Assembly (NCBI GenBank): GCA_963845185.1
Contig: CAWJRG010000009.1
Span: forward strand, 512,001-576,000
From: an uncultured bacterium
Lineage (GTDB): Bacteria > Oederibacteriota > PGYV01 > CAWJRG01
Reading direction: 5' to 3'
Length of the DNA: 64,000 bases
Shown: positions 12,101 through 21,324 of the stretch, one piece after another
How positions within the stretch are numbered: position 1 is the first letter of the stretch
How the letters are laid out: each line of letters begins with the position of its first letter
The notes under the pieces: model-generated
Databases searched by the model: none
The model's input: only the letters and a program-made list of their open reading frames with translations
Told to the model about the DNA's origin: nothing
Translations under genes and position numbers: made by a program

Positions 12101-12972
12101 TAACATGGAGCCCCACTTATACGCCTACATTGACAAATACAGTGACGTTCACGGGTACAGAGACAGGCACAAATACGCCTTCGCTTACAGAAACATTTAC
12201 TTTAACAGCAACAATTACATCCACAGCAACCAATACAGAGTTTGTATCAGAAACACCTACTTATACATCAACGATTTTTACTGACACAATTACGCCGACA
12301 ATAACAATAACACTGACAATAACAGCAACGGATACGCCGGTAGATACAGCAACAGATACACCTACGGTAAGTGCCACGTGCACCGTGCCAAGTGCCACGT
12401 CAACTGTGACGCCAAGCGCCACACAGTCAGACACGCCGGTTAATACAGCAACGGATACTCCAGTTAACACAGCAACAGACACCCCGGGTAATACAGCGAC
12501 AAACACACCTACTGTAAGTGCCACGTGTACCATGCCGAGTGCCACGCTAACAATAAGTGCCACGTCAACCATGACGCCGAGCGCTACGCAGTCAAATACG
12601 CCGGTGCCGCCTGGTTTGACAGTAACAAATACGCTGACAGTTGTGCCGACAGGAGTGCTGGCAATAGGGCCGATAAAGCCGTACCCGAACCCGATTAACC
12701 CTGTAATAATTCCTGTATTAAGAATCTCAATAAATATAACAGGGGATGCGGACAGGATAACACTTAAGATTTATACTTGCGCATACAGGCTGATCAGGGA
12801 GCAGGTATTTGAGGGCGCGGACGCACAACAAATAGTTGAAGACGGGATTATACAATATAACAGCGACAACCTGAAAGACCTCGGCGCAGGGACATATTAC
12901 TATGTGGTGATGGCGGAAAAAGGCGGGGTAAAAGTAAGATCAAGGGTGGATAAGATTATAATACTTAAATAG
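9097..12972 (+). CDS. Secreted GH9 glycoside hydrolase (N-terminal Ig-like domain) + ~540-aa Thr-rich stalk + YPNP tail
   Basis: Signal peptide; DFS.FTTPGTY, YYQRCG, GGWHDAGDYNKY, YYWGSN, NETGIYY; tail PYPNPINP...GTYYY...IIILK. Confidence 0.92.
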   Translation: MKKRLVVFVMLILIAGFFSGLLPAASILGNIKLDHFGYRTTDQKIAYFTANPGSSVGVYNASTNALVYTSTNITSKGTDTSSPLISGDTLWWVDFSGFTTPGTYYLLSTTLNEQSYNFQISDCIYQTPMAATLKALYYQRCGTPKPAQYAGTNWADTTACHTGDATCAPAAGCTFPNNYGTLNLSGGWHDAGDYNKYIGTDTCANWGGDGGSALHFLLTAYELNPSLFPDNMSNIPESGNGISDLLDECKWELDWYLKMQMTDKHVLSVVHQTVYTTGSPPSTDTTVRYYYPPNPTGSGEAEFVAILSNAARVMSTVPALASYAATLRTAAEATWNAYSAAWTASDQKFWAAAEIFRMEEALGGSSTIISAAQNIVDNYQAWNGLWLNEDQEQRDWGMLAYMQSTGATASVVSYMQADWSNLVGDVFNSNDLYNSGMHEYDYYWGSNEVKMDYGMILVMGAKLGLTGTYTAAQCLQHAEDYIHYMNGSNPMNMVYMTNAAALGASHGVWRVYHSWFGNYGVTFSFNNFIGKPASVTDPLYPYYSGTDNYGISDSGTSTFGPPPGIVPDGPTSQYYTNNGKAIPPLLTGGARPPDEKDYRDWDYSDPNGNATMPWIVNETGIYYITSYTILSSMFASACSVGTATPTYTYTSTMTGTPTMSATTTATKTPTPSFTRTITPTYTITMSFTCVCLTATFTPTYTITKTDTPTNTQTITPTSTPTYTYTNTNTPTYTRTDTYTYTFTDTVTVTETYTNTITPTCTITITFTVVIFTATFTPTYTATRTNTPTYTITLTDTQTATPTYTDTMSPTPTYTRTATYTYTDTMTDTLTSTPTRTNTLSPTYTYTVTYTYTSTATSTLTATRTNTETNTPTGTQTQTVTSTPTYTNTLSPTYTYTVTYTSTLTATRTNTSTYTVTLTLTNTPQNTATLTTTGTNTPQNTITLTATATNSCACTGTPTYTATIFTATITPTYTVSPTITLTDTTSPTTTDTPTETVTLTDTLTWSPTYTPTLTNTVTFTGTETGTNTPSLTETFTLTATITSTATNTEFVSETPTYTSTIFTDTITPTITITLTITATDTPVDTATDTPTVSATCTVPSATSTVTPSATQSDTPVNTATDTPVNTATDTPGNTATNTPTVSATCTMPSATLTISATSTMTPSATQSNTPVPPGLTVTNTLTVVPTGVLAIGPIKPYPNPINPVIIPVLRISINITGDADRITLKIYTCAYRLIREQVFEGADAQQIVEDGIIQYNSDNLKDLGAGTYYYVVMAEKGGVKVRSRVDKIIILK

Positions 12973-12981
12973 GGGGATTGA

Positions 12982-15192
12982 TTGAAAAAATATCTTTTAA
13001 TTATGTCAATTGTTTTTACAACCCTGCAAATGTTCAATTTTAATCTTTCAGCTGCCTGCACAAAAAGGCTGCTGGCGTATTACCCGTACTGGAACTCTAA
13101 TTACAGGTCAGACAAACTGCAATTCTCAAAAATAACCCATGTCATCCATGCCTTTGCGGAACCGAATACAGACGGCACGCTTTACCTGGATCCGGGGCCG
13201 CCGCCTTTGCTTGAGCCCGCGCTTATAACAAGCGCGCACTCAAACGGGGTATATGTGCTTATCTCAATAGGAGGGGCATCCACTGCAGGGCAGCCGCCTG
13301 ATTCCACATTCAGGACAATATCGCAAAGCGCCGCATTAAGGACAGCTTTCGCAAATAATATTGTCACATTCTGCACAACATACGGCTACGACGGGGTGGA
13401 CATTGACTGGGAAATGCCGGGCGCAATGGACCCTACTGACCCCGGAGCCACAGACAAGGCAAATTTTGACCTGATGATACAGGCAATAAGGACGGCTTTT
13501 AATTCCGCGCCTGCGCCTGCCTTGTCGCCTACATGGCTCATATCAATAGCCACCTCGTGCGACAACTGGGGCGCGCAGTGGCTGGATTACCCGACGCTGA
13601 ACAACTACGTGGACTTTTACAATGACATGACATACGACATGCACGGAAGCTGGAACAACACAATGGGGTATAACGCGCCGCTTTTCCAGGGCAACTACGC
13701 TGAAGACAATTTGTGCGGCCAGACTGCAATGGACTATATGCTCACCACAAGGGGAGTGCCCGCGGTAAAAGTAAACATGGGCATACCGTTTTACGGGTAT
13801 TATTTTCCTGGAGGGAACACGCTTTTTTATACATGCGGCAACTGCAACGCTACGGAAGAAAACTACAACGCAATACAGCCCCTGATAGGAAACGGCTGGA
13901 CATACCACTGGGACGCCGCTTCTGATGTGCCGTACCTGATAATAAACAGCGGGGACGGGATTTATTCTTATGACGACCCGCAGTCAGTTGGGCTCAAGGC
14001 CGATTACGCGCTGAATACCAGGAACGTGGGCGGCATTTTTATGTGGGATGTGTCAGAGGACTACATGGGGCCGTCAAATGAGCCGCTTCTGGACGCGATG
14101 TACTCCAAGTTCAGCGCGTTCTGCGCCAACGCCTCGCCGACTTTTACGCCTGTTGTTTCGCCTTCGGCGAGCGCCACGAACACTGCGACAAGCACATATA
14201 CAAAGACTTCTACCGCTACAAGCACACCAACGATTACAAAGACGCCTACGATAACATATACGGCGACATGCCCGTGTTATTGCGCAACGATGACGCCTAC
14301 TTTTACGATTACAAGAACCGCCACTTTGACAAACACTGTTACCAATACAGGCACATACACGGCGACTTACACTTATACCTGTACAAAAACACCAACACCA
14401 ACATATACAATAACTATGTCGCTTACGTCGGGCATAATCATCACTATGACAGTGACTGCGACATTTACCGGCACATGCACAGAAACCCGGACCCAGACAA
14501 TCACAGCTACCTATACAAACACATGCGGGGCCTGTATTACTGCGTCCTATACGCTTACGCCATCGCCGACCGCTCCAATGACAGGAACACCTACATTTAC
14601 CACAACTCTTTCATATACGCAGACAATCACACCGCAAGATACGGCTACAGCGAGTGTGACATGCACCGTGCTGAGTGCGACGTTAACTGCAAGCTTAACG
14701 CTAACTGCAACAACAACCACAAGTGCCACGCCAACAGAAAGCCCAACGGTCAATGTTCAAAGTTCAATGACTAATACTGCAACGGCAACAGCTACTGCGA
14801 CGTTAACTGCGACAAATGTTATTGGGACAGATACACCTACGCCTACATTCACAGTCACGCCGACAATGCCACCCTGCATGTGCGGCCATAATTATGTCAA
14901 AAAAATATATCCGAATCCGTACAACCCAAAACTGGGAAATCCGTTACGAATTACCGATTTTTATTCGTGGGATGGTTATATTGATTTGAAAATATACACA
15001 CTGGCATTCAGGCTGGTCAAAGAGTTAAAATATAAGACCTCAGAACAGACATATGAAACCGGAATCTTACAATGTGACAGCAGTAATTTTATCAGCCTTG
15101 CCGCCGGCAGCTACTATTATAAAGTTACGCTTGAAGGAAATGACCTGGAAGCAAAATATATGTGGGACGGCATGTTTATTATCCTGAAATAA
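12982..15192 (+). CDS. Secreted GH18 chitinase-like hydrolase + Thr-rich stalk + YPNP tail
   Basis: SIGG, YDGVDIDWE (intact DxxDxDxE), MTYD, GIPFYG, SYDD, GGIFMW; TTG start after GGGGGA. Confidence 0.93.
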   Translation: MKKYLLIMSIVFTTLQMFNFNLSAACTKRLLAYYPYWNSNYRSDKLQFSKITHVIHAFAEPNTDGTLYLDPGPPPLLEPALITSAHSNGVYVLISIGGASTAGQPPDSTFRTISQSAALRTAFANNIVTFCTTYGYDGVDIDWEMPGAMDPTDPGATDKANFDLMIQAIRTAFNSAPAPALSPTWLISIATSCDNWGAQWLDYPTLNNYVDFYNDMTYDMHGSWNNTMGYNAPLFQGNYAEDNLCGQTAMDYMLTTRGVPAVKVNMGIPFYGYYFPGGNTLFYTCGNCNATEENYNAIQPLIGNGWTYHWDAASDVPYLIINSGDGIYSYDDPQSVGLKADYALNTRNVGGIFMWDVSEDYMGPSNEPLLDAMYSKFSAFCANASPTFTPVVSPSASATNTATSTYTKTSTATSTPTITKTPTITYTATCPCYCATMTPTFTITRTATLTNTVTNTGTYTATYTYTCTKTPTPTYTITMSLTSGIIITMTVTATFTGTCTETRTQTITATYTNTCGACITASYTLTPSPTAPMTGTPTFTTTLSYTQTITPQDTATASVTCTVLSATLTASLTLTATTTTSATPTESPTVNVQSSMTNTATATATATLTATNVIGTDTPTPTFTVTPTMPPCMCGHNYVKKIYPNPYNPKLGNPLRITDFYSWDGYIDLKIYTLAFRLVKELKYKTSEQTYETGILQCDSSNFISLAAGSYYYKVTLEGNDLEAKYMWDGMFIILK

Positions 15193-15339
15193 TGTAAATA
15201 AATGCAGGACAGGACAGGGATTTTTCCAAAATATTATTGACAGGGGATAGTGGCGGGTGTATCTTGTATACACAATGAAGCCTACGAATGGAGGATATAT
15301 AATGACGGCGTTCAGGTTTACAAACAAGGGGGTGAAGCT

Positions 15340-15552
15340 ATGAAAATACCAATCTCTGAAATCATCGAGGACCCGAATAACCCAAGGAAAATCATCACAG
15401 ACGCCATGGTGGCCCGGACAGCCGCGTCCATGTCGGCAGGCGGCCTGAAAAACGCTATAAAAGTTCAAGGTTCAAAGCTCAATGCTCAAGGTAAAGAACC
15501 GGTTTACTGGCTGATTTCAGGGCACATCAGGCTGCTGGCAGCGAAGATTTAA
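15340..15552 (+). pseudogene. Truncated ParB/Srx-like N-terminal domain
   Basis: MKIPISEIIEDPNNPRK...GLKNAIKV...YWLISGHIRLLAAKI*; 70 aa, ends right after the GH.R motif. Confidence 0.65.
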
Positions 15553-15865
15553 ATAAATTGATAGAAACATTAGATTATATTGAAGAAGACTTAAAGATTC
15601 CCGGAAAGGAAATAATATTAGATAAAAATATTATGTCACCGCGTCATCATTAATTATTAAAGTTGATGAAATACCTAAATATAAAAGTAAATATGCAAAA
15701 TTAGCGAATATGATTTATAAAATATTTAAAAGACGCAATTTAACATTGCCTCAATCATTATTAAATTGGAAAATTAAAATACAGGAAGATACTTTGCCTG
15801 AAGTAAGACGGCAATGGGAAGAATAAATAAGTTTTAAAATATATAATAATTACTTGCATTTACTG

Positions 15866-16297
15866 TAAGAGGAGAGTTTTATCATAAAAATCGCAATCTC
15901 AAAGATTCGTCTCAACCCGAACAATCCACGTCATGTGATAATAAAAATGACTGGGGACAGACCTTACCTTTCGGCAAGCTCAGGACTATGCTTGTTGCGG
16001 AGTTTTCGGCTTAATTAGCTTCAAAATGGCAAAGGGATGAAGGACTAAAAGATGCAAGTGATTATTGCAATAGCGGTTTTAATATTATCCGGCCTTACAT
16101 TTTTACTCCCACTCCGCGAAAACCCGCCAGTAGAGGCGGGATTGGATAGCGCTACGGCACCACTTGTGCTGATAAGGCCAGCACTGGAACGGGTGCTTGA
16201 TCTCGTAATATTTTGCCTTCGCTGATAAGCTCGACAAAATAAACAATATCAAGGGATGGAGCGTATTAAAAAAATTTTACGGCATAAAAAACCAATA
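15866..16297 (+). repeat. Direct repeat copy 1 (~430 bp)
   Basis: 15887-16202 matches 20232-20547 base for base by eye (offset 4345); flanks are similar but diverged. Confidence 0.95.
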
Positions 16298-16520
16298 ATG
16301 CCGCAATTTGCAAGTTTTCCAATCGCGGCAAAGGAGCTTTGGGCGGACGTAAAGAGCGGAGGATTAGAAGGATAGAGGATTGGAGGCTTGGCAAAGGCGG
16401 CGTTCTTAGCAAGCAGAAAGTGCCTATAAAATAAGGCTTGATTTTCGGTTGGGAGTTTGATACTATTAAAAATATAATTACGTTGGTATTGAAATCCATA
16501 CTGAAAAGGAAGGTGATTTT

Positions 16521-17924
16521 ATGGAAGAGTTTTATAAATTGTGGATGGCAGGGCTCCAGAAGCTTATGGAGCGTTATATATATGACGCTTCGGGTTTGCC
16601 GTATCCTGCGCGCGACGATTTTGACCTGCTGAAGCAAAGAGTGGAAAGGTTGCTTGCAGGCAGTTTATCCGAGAATGAAAAAATAACGGTATTAACAGGG
16701 CTGCGCGGGACCGGGAAAACCACTATCCTGGCCCAGTTGTTCGTGCTGGCCGCGGAAAAAAGAACGCGGGCGCTTTACATAGATGCCGGAAGGCTGGAAC
16801 TCGAGGGATTGAACCTCAACATGTTCCTGAAGAAATGGGAGGATGACGCTTCTTTTCTCGCGGAACACCCGGTCAGAAAAACCCTGCTGCTCATAGACGA
16901 GGTCCACTACGATGAAAACTGGGGGCTTTTCCTTAAAACAATTTTTGACAGGAACAAGGGAAACGCGGATTTAATGGTTGTCGCCACAGGATCCTCCGCC
17001 CTGAAGATTAAGATTAATCCCGACCTGGGCAGGAGGGCAATGTTCAAGGAAATACTCCCGCTTCATTTCCGCGAATACGCGAGAATATACGGCGTGAACC
17101 AGGACACGGCCGCGCCGGAGGCTTCTTTTATCATTACTTCCGGCGACGCGGACAGCGCGCGGCAAAAAGCGCTGGATATATCCGCCGGCGTAAAAAAATA
17201 TTTTTCAGGGCTGCCTTCCGGGGCGGCGGACAGGTATTTTACATCAGGCGGGCTGCCTGTTTTCAAGCACATAAACGAGCCGCTGCTCATGAACAGCGCG
17301 ATAAAGAATATTGTGGAAAGCGTAATAGCCAGGGACATAACCGCGATGAAAGGATACAAGGCGCAGGCGCTTTCCAAACTGTACAGCCTCGCGTGCCTTA
17401 TAGCGGAGTCCGAAAAAATAACCCTTGAAAAACTTGCCTCCAGCCTGAACCTCGGAGACAACAGGACGCTTTACGGCCTGATTGAGGGTTTTGCCATGAG
17501 CGGCCTGATCTATCCGGTCAAAAGCTACGGCAGAAGGCACCATCAGGCCAGAAAAACGCCGAAACTGCTTTTTTCCCATCCTTTGTTCAGGGAAGCCCTG
17601 CTTGAAGGCATGGTTCCCACGAGAGTGGCTGGAAGAAAATACGAGGAAATATTCGCGGCGGCTTTCCGCAGGAGCTTTGGCGAAAATTCCGGAGCGGAGA
17701 TATTCTATGATTCGGCTGAAGGCGGAGCCGACTTCATAGTCAGAAGGCCGGACAGGACAAAGATAACAGTCGAAGTGTCGGCGGCAAAAGAAGACACGGG
17801 CCAGATAAAGAAAACAATCAAAAAATCAGATTCTGTGTATGGTGTCTTATTAGGCGCAAAAGACATAGAACTGGTTGAAAAAAATATCGTGAAAATACCG
17901 ATTCAGTATTTGATGATCATGTAA
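16521..17924 (+). CDS. AAA+ ATPase (AAA_14 / DUF4143 type)
   Basis: GLRGTGKTT, LLLIDEVH, ATGSS, GGLP, C-terminal ADF...EV. Confidence 0.85.
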   Translation: MEEFYKLWMAGLQKLMERYIYDASGLPYPARDDFDLLKQRVERLLAGSLSENEKITVLTGLRGTGKTTILAQLFVLAAEKRTRALYIDAGRLELEGLNLNMFLKKWEDDASFLAEHPVRKTLLLIDEVHYDENWGLFLKTIFDRNKGNADLMVVATGSSALKIKINPDLGRRAMFKEILPLHFREYARIYGVNQDTAAPEASFIITSGDADSARQKALDISAGVKKYFSGLPSGAADRYFTSGGLPVFKHINEPLLMNSAIKNIVESVIARDITAMKGYKAQALSKLYSLACLIAESEKITLEKLASSLNLGDNRTLYGLIEGFAMSGLIYPVKSYGRRHHQARKTPKLLFSHPLFREALLEGMVPTRVAGRKYEEIFAAAFRRSFGENSGAEIFYDSAEGGADFIVRRPDRTKITVEVSAAKEDTGQIKKTIKKSDSVYGVLLGAKDIELVEKNIVKIPIQYLMIM

Positions 17925-18035
17925 AGGGGAGGTTTGCCATGAAAATCGTATTTAAAACAATTCTCAATGAAAAATTGTCAATTATCAATGAAAAATGCTG
18001 TAAGATAAATAAAATAATAACAAAGGTGGAATATC

Positions 18036-18857
18036 ATGAATATAAAGTCCAAACAAAAATTAACAGACCCGGATTTTTACATTCCCACTAACAAGGCATT
18101 CTGGGAAAAGATGGTCAAAGAAGAATGCGGGTTTACGAAGCCGTGGCTGGATTTGGACACTAAAATCCTTAAAAAACTCGCCAATGGTAAGTTGAAAAAT
18201 CCACCTGCACCGCTGAATGATATATATCCTGTCAGCATATTCAGAGGTCTTAAAAATAAAAATGTTTTATGCCTTGCGTCAGGAGGCGGGCAGCAATCAG
18301 CGGTTTTCGGCCTGCTCGGCGCAAAGGTAACGGTTGTGGATATCACAGGGGGCCAGCTGGAAGCGGACAGGAAAGCAGCCGCGCATTATGTTTATCGGGT
18401 CAGGACAATCTGGGGCGATATGAATGACCTTTCAATGCTTAAAGCCGGTTCATTTGACCTGGTTTACCAGGCGCCTTCCATGGGCTATGTGCCGGACGTG
18501 GAAAAGGTCTATAAGCAGGTTTATCGCGTGCTGAAAAAAGGCGGATTGTACCGGGCTGATGCCCAGAATCCGCAATCGCAGTTCATCTATGAATCCTCAT
18601 GGGACGGCAAAGGATACCGCATTACCGTGCCGTATGCAGTAAAAGCCATGCAAAGGGCGGAGGATGAAAAAGTGATTGAGTACCGCCATTACCTGGATGA
18701 GATTTTCAACGGGCTTGTTGACTGCGGATTTGTGATCGAGCATGTCGAAGAAATGCCAAAGGGCCTCTACCAGAAAAAGAATGCCAGGCCTGGAAGCTGG
18801 GAGCATTCTTTATTGTACATTCCGGGGTGTTTTGCAATATTAGCGAGGAAAAGTTAG
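18036..18857 (+). CDS. Class I SAM-dependent methyltransferase
   Basis: VLCLASGGGQQ, SFDLV, RVLKKGG. Confidence 0.9.
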   Translation: MNIKSKQKLTDPDFYIPTNKAFWEKMVKEECGFTKPWLDLDTKILKKLANGKLKNPPAPLNDIYPVSIFRGLKNKNVLCLASGGGQQSAVFGLLGAKVTVVDITGGQLEADRKAAAHYVYRVRTIWGDMNDLSMLKAGSFDLVYQAPSMGYVPDVEKVYKQVYRVLKKGGLYRADAQNPQSQFIYESSWDGKGYRITVPYAVKAMQRAEDEKVIEYRHYLDEIFNGLVDCGFVIEHVEEMPKGLYQKKNARPGSWEHSLLYIPGCFAILARKS

Positions 18858-18889
18858 ACGGATTGGCAAAGTAAACAATATAATATCAA

Positions 18890-18981
18890 GTACCTCTTGT
18901 CCCTTCGGGACTGGAACGGGTACATGCTAGCGTAATATTTTGTCTACGCTGGTAAGCTTGACAAAATAAACGCTATCAAGG
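18890..18981. repeat. Two-hairpin palindromic element (related copies at 16157-16253, 20502-20597, 39451-39528; short variant at 20730-20773)
   Basis: GTACC..GTCCC/GGGAC-TGGAAC-GGGTAC, then TAGCGT-AA-TATTTTGTC...GACAAAATA-A-ACGCTA. Confidence 0.8.
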
Positions 18982-18992
18982 GAGTATAAATA

Positions 18993-19673
18993 ATGAACCT
19001 TGTTGTTTTTGATATTGATGGGACATTAATCAAATACCATAGGAAAATGAATGACCGGGCTTATGTAAATGCCATTAAAGATGTTTTTGGGATAACGATA
19101 CAGGACAACCCGGAAAGCTGGTCGGAATACCACAGCTCTACGGATTCCGGTATACTTCAGGAAATCATTGAAAAGAACATGGGGCGTTCATGCACGCCAG
19201 CAGATATAATTGAATTTAAAAAGAGCATGGCTTCGTGGCTTGACAGGGAATACGGGAGAGAGCCTTTTGAAAGCATGATTGGCGCAAAAGAATGCCTGAA
19301 AAAGTTATCAAATACTCACGGCTGGTTCACAGCTATAGCAACAGGAAACTGGCGTGTTTCGGGGCGGTACAAGCTAAAAAACGCAGGGCTTGACTGCCGG
19401 AACATGCCGATGGCTTCAGCCGAGGACGGGCTGTCGCGCGAGATAATCATGAAAATAGCTCTCGAGGAGTCTATGAAAAAATCCAGGGTAAAGAAGTTTA
19501 AAAAGATTGTTTATGTTGGAGACTGGATATGGGATGTAAAAGCTGCGGATGCCCTTGGATGGGAATTTATCGGAATTGCTTCCGGCAAGGAAAAGAAAGC
19601 CCTTTTAGAAGCCGGGGCAAAACATATATTGCCTGATTTTAAAGAAATGATAAGATTGTTGAATAAAATGTGA
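18993..19673 (+). CDS. HAD-family hydrolase
   Basis: FDIDGTL, ATGN, YVGDWIWD. Confidence 0.9.
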   Translation: MNLVVFDIDGTLIKYHRKMNDRAYVNAIKDVFGITIQDNPESWSEYHSSTDSGILQEIIEKNMGRSCTPADIIEFKKSMASWLDREYGREPFESMIGAKECLKKLSNTHGWFTAIATGNWRVSGRYKLKNAGLDCRNMPMASAEDGLSREIIMKIALEESMKKSRVKKFKKIVYVGDWIWDVKAADALGWEFIGIASGKEKKALLEAGAKHILPDFKEMIRLLNKM

Positions 19674-19686
19674 AGGTGAAAATTAT

Positions 19687-20202
19687 ATGGATGAATCACT
19701 TGAAAATCTCATACAGGAAATAAACAGCAGGCAAAAGACGCTTTTTATTTTATGCGGGATGCCGTATTCGGGCAAAACATATATTGCCGAAAAGATTCTC
19801 AAAAGCACCAAATGCGCGTATGTAAGTATTGATGAGATTTTTAAGGCGCATGGATTTGACTGGAGTTCAAACAAGATTCCTGACGAAAAAGCATGGGCAA
19901 GCATTTTTGGCATAGCGTCAGCCAGGTCAAGAATGGCACTGGAAGATTCATTGAATGTTTTATACGATTCCACAAACCATACACGGCAAAGCAGGGATGA
20001 TTTGCGCAGGATAGCCGGAGAATCCGGCGCTGATGCGGCTGTTATTTATGTCGAAGTCCCTGTGCCGAAGATATATGAAAGGTGGGAGGAAAACAAATCC
20101 GGCAAAAGCCGCTCGATAATAGATAAGAATCTTCTGGATATGACAATCAAGGCTTTTGAGCCTCCGGCTGAAGATGAAAAAATTATAATAATAAAAAATT
20201 AA
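19687..20202 (+). CDS. P-loop kinase (AAA_33 type)
   Basis: CGMPYSGKT, DSTNH..QSR, FEPP..DE. Confidence 0.85.
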   Translation: MDESLENLIQEINSRQKTLFILCGMPYSGKTYIAEKILKSTKCAYVSIDEIFKAHGFDWSSNKIPDEKAWASIFGIASARSRMALEDSLNVLYDSTNHTRQSRDDLRRIAGESGADAAVIYVEVPVPKIYERWEENKSGKSRSIIDKNLLDMTIKAFEPPAEDEKIIIIKN

Positions 20203-20211
20203 TAGAAAATT

Positions 20212-20641
20212 TAAGGGGAGGTTTTACCATGAAAATCGCAATCTCAAAGATTCGTCTCAACCCGAACAATCCACGTCATGTGATAATAAAAATGACTGGG
20301 GACAGACCTTACCTTTCGGCAAGCTCAGGACTATGCTTGTTGCGGAGTTTTCGGCTTAATTAGCTTCAAAATGGCAAAGGGATGAAGGACTAAAAGATGC
20401 AAGTGATTATTGCAATAGCGGTTTTAATATTATCCGGCCTTACATTTTTACTCCCACTCCGCGAAAACCCGCCAGTAGAGGCGGGATTGGATAGCGCTAC
20501 GGCACCACTTGTGCTGATAAGGCCAGCACTGGAACGGGTGCTTGATCCCGTAATGTTTTGCCGGCGCCTTCGGCTTGGCAAAACAAACGATATCAAGGGA
20601 TGGAGCGTATTAAGAAATTTCTATGGCATGAAAAACCAATA
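20212..20641 (+). repeat. Direct repeat copy 2 (~430 bp)
   Basis: See copy 1; starts with an RBS and MKIAISKIRLNPNNPRH. Confidence 0.95.
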
Positions 20642-20801
20642 GATAAAGGCAAAGTTCAAGGTTCAACAGAAAAGACGTGCGGCGTGCAATTATGCGTGTC
20701 CCGCTCGGACTGACGCCCTTGACCGGGGACTGTATTCCATAAATTTTTACTTCGTAAAAATAACGGACTACAGCCGCGTGGGACGGAAAGGCAAAGAAAT
20801 A

Positions 20802-20954
20802 ATGAATTATAGCCGGATAAAGGAACTTCATTACATCTGCCATATTGAGAATCTTGAATCCATAATCAAGATCGGGCTATTGTGCCATGAAAAGGCAAAA
20901 GAGTTCCGGCATGCCGATGTTTTCATGCCTGAGGTTCAGGACAGGCGGGATTAA
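20802..20954 (+). pseudogene. darT: N-terminal fragment of a DarT-like (DUF4433) DNA ADP-ribosyltransferase
   Basis: MNYSRIKELHYICHIENLESIIKIGLLCHEKAK...MPEVQDRRD* fits the DarT N-terminal pattern H..H..NL.SI...GLL...VQ.RR; only 50 aa; no darG nearby. Confidence 0.7.
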
Positions 20955-21006
20955 AAGTTTAGCCGGAGATGAAACTATTCATCTCCGGCCCAATAATATG
21001 TGGGTT

Positions 21007-21174
21007 TTACCACAGGCTAAACTGAAATACTTCAGGCTTTTCGTTGAAGTCAGCCTTGAGTTCTTCCGGCAACCTGTGCCAGTTTGTCAGCTTGCAGCAG
21101 CCAGTCCGATTCTTGAGATAGTACACAAGTTCGCCGGCTCCAAGCTTGTCTCCGAAAATGTCTGTGTGTATCAT
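21007..21174 (-). CDS. Small hypothetical protein (55 aa)
   Basis: AAGGAGGTGA Shine-Dalgarno (complement of 21181-21190) 6 nt before the ATG; MIHTDIFGDKLGAGELVYY...FQFSLW*. Confidence 0.5.
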   Translation of the reverse strand: MIHTDIFGDKLGAGELVYYLKNRTGCCKLTNWHRLPEELKADFNEKPEVFQFSLW

Positions 21175-21324
21175 ATAGCTTCACCTCCTTTCTTTATATA
21201 ATAGGACTTAATAATTATATTTTTTATGTAATTTATATTAAAATATGATATAAATAGCATAGTTTATATATTTTTCTTGACAAACTGTATTTTTTATGCT
21301 AAATATATCAATAAGAGGTATAAA

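Noticed and set aside
15553..15826. AT-rich reading-frame fragments after the ParB remnant
   Set aside because: No start codon context or recognisable motif; probably gene debris
15461..17998. Short degenerate 7-8-nt tandem runs (AAGTTCAAGGTTCAA at ~15462 and ~20652, GGATTAGA-like at ~16361, TCAATGAAAAAT at ~17964)
   Set aside because: Too short and degenerate to assign without statistics
15866..20641. Classical integron or composite transposon
   Set aside because: No integrase or transposase, no terminal inverted repeats, and the hairpins lack attC core sites; kept only as an unexplained repeat
20397..20642. 81-aa ORF inside repeat copy 2, and ORF 20887-21201
   Set aside because: The first runs through palindromes and stops earlier in copy 1; the second overlaps the darT remnant and the better-supported minus-strand ORF
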